This document shows, one piece after another, positions 63,485 to 64,000 of a stretch of DNA of 64,000 bases. The DNA lies in NCBI RefSeq assembly GCF_000143415.4, contig NW_003314285.1:66311-130310 (forward strand). The letters run 5' to 3'. A model generated the notes under the pieces. It was not told the origin of the DNA. It saw nothing but the letters and a program-made list of their open reading frames with translations, and searched no databases. Both the position numbers and the translations under genes were made by a program. This DNA is from Selaginella moellendorffii (Eukaryota; Plantae; Lycopodiophyta). The first letter of the stretch is position 1; each line of letters starts with the position of its first letter.

Positions 63485-64000
63485 TTAGATATTATCAAGA
63501 TCATCATCGTTGTGGAGCTTCCAAGCGCTTGTTCTCGCCGCCTCGCTCGGCTCAAACGGCATGCTCACAACGAGCTCCTCGCCCTCGTCCGCTCGACCAG
63601 ATCGTCCCAGCAGATCCACCAAGCACCAGAAATGACTTGGAGCGAACTCTTCGCCATAGTCCTCCCCAATCGACACGAAAAACTCTCGACCCTCGTTGAT
63701 CCATCCCGCGTGACTACACGCTGATAGAACACCCACAAATGTCACATCGTTGGGATGACCTCCCTCGAGCAACATCTCCTCAAAGAGCTCCAAAGCTTCT
63801 TTGCTATGCCCATTTTGGGCGTATGCCACCACCATTGCATTCCACGACACTATCGTTTGCTCCAAGAGACCATCAAAGATCAACCTTGCTATTCCAAGTT
63901 TCCCGTGCTTTGCGTACATGTTCAGGAGCGCAGTCCCAACGGAGGGATCATCTGCAAGTTTACGATCCTTGACACAGGCGTGGATCTCTTGTCCTTGGCT
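63485..64000 (-). CDS. PLS-class pentatricopeptide repeat protein, C-terminal part (possibly pseudogene)
   Basis: MYAKHG...IVSWNAMVVAYAQNGHSKEALELF...FVGVLSACSHAG...CLVDLLGRSG...MPFEP. An E-domain-like remnant (WTLLLGAYK...KLDPE...YALLCSIY) lies at ~63150-63280. Confidence 0.85.
   Translation of the reverse strand, partial: SQGQEIHACVKDRKLADDPSVGTALLNMYAKHGKLGIARLIFDGLLEQTIVSWNAMVVAYAQNGHSKEALELFEEMLLEGGHPNDVTFVGVLSACSHAGWINEGREFFVSIGEDYGEEFAPSHFWCLVDLLGRSGRADEGEELVVSMPFEPSEAARTSAWKLHNDDDLDNI

Overview
Plant nuclear DNA, almost entirely nested transposable elements. The 45-60 nt introns and PLS-type PPR genes suggest a Selaginella-like lycophyte (inference). The core is two adjacent ~12-kb cargo-carrying DNA transposons. 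(1) A Sola-like element at 19104-31369 has 24-bp perfect TIRs and a 4-bp TSD (CTAC). It encodes a DDD-type transposase and, divergently, one 11-exon gene (~1643 aa by manual splicing) fusing a ParB/Srx-like domain, a degenerate methyltransferase-like region and an FCP1/HAD phosphatase. About 20 copies of a 20-bp palindrome (TGGCRTGWGGCCWCAYGCCA) are scattered through this element, many inside introns, which resembles a ParB/parS arrangement. (2) A MULE at 32670-44405 (9-bp TSD CATTTTGAC) is inserted into a decayed copy of its own family. It has the same head-to-head layout with a ParB + N4/N6 DNA-methyltransferase-like gene, plus two small zf-XS-like ORFs. Also present: a young Ty3/gypsy element with one nonsense codon, several decayed gypsy elements, a TRIM, two Cassandra-type 5S-bearing solo LTRs, a small secreted Cys-rich ORF, a PGDH pseudogene fragment and PPR genes. 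All calls come from reading the sequence by eye; no database searches were run.
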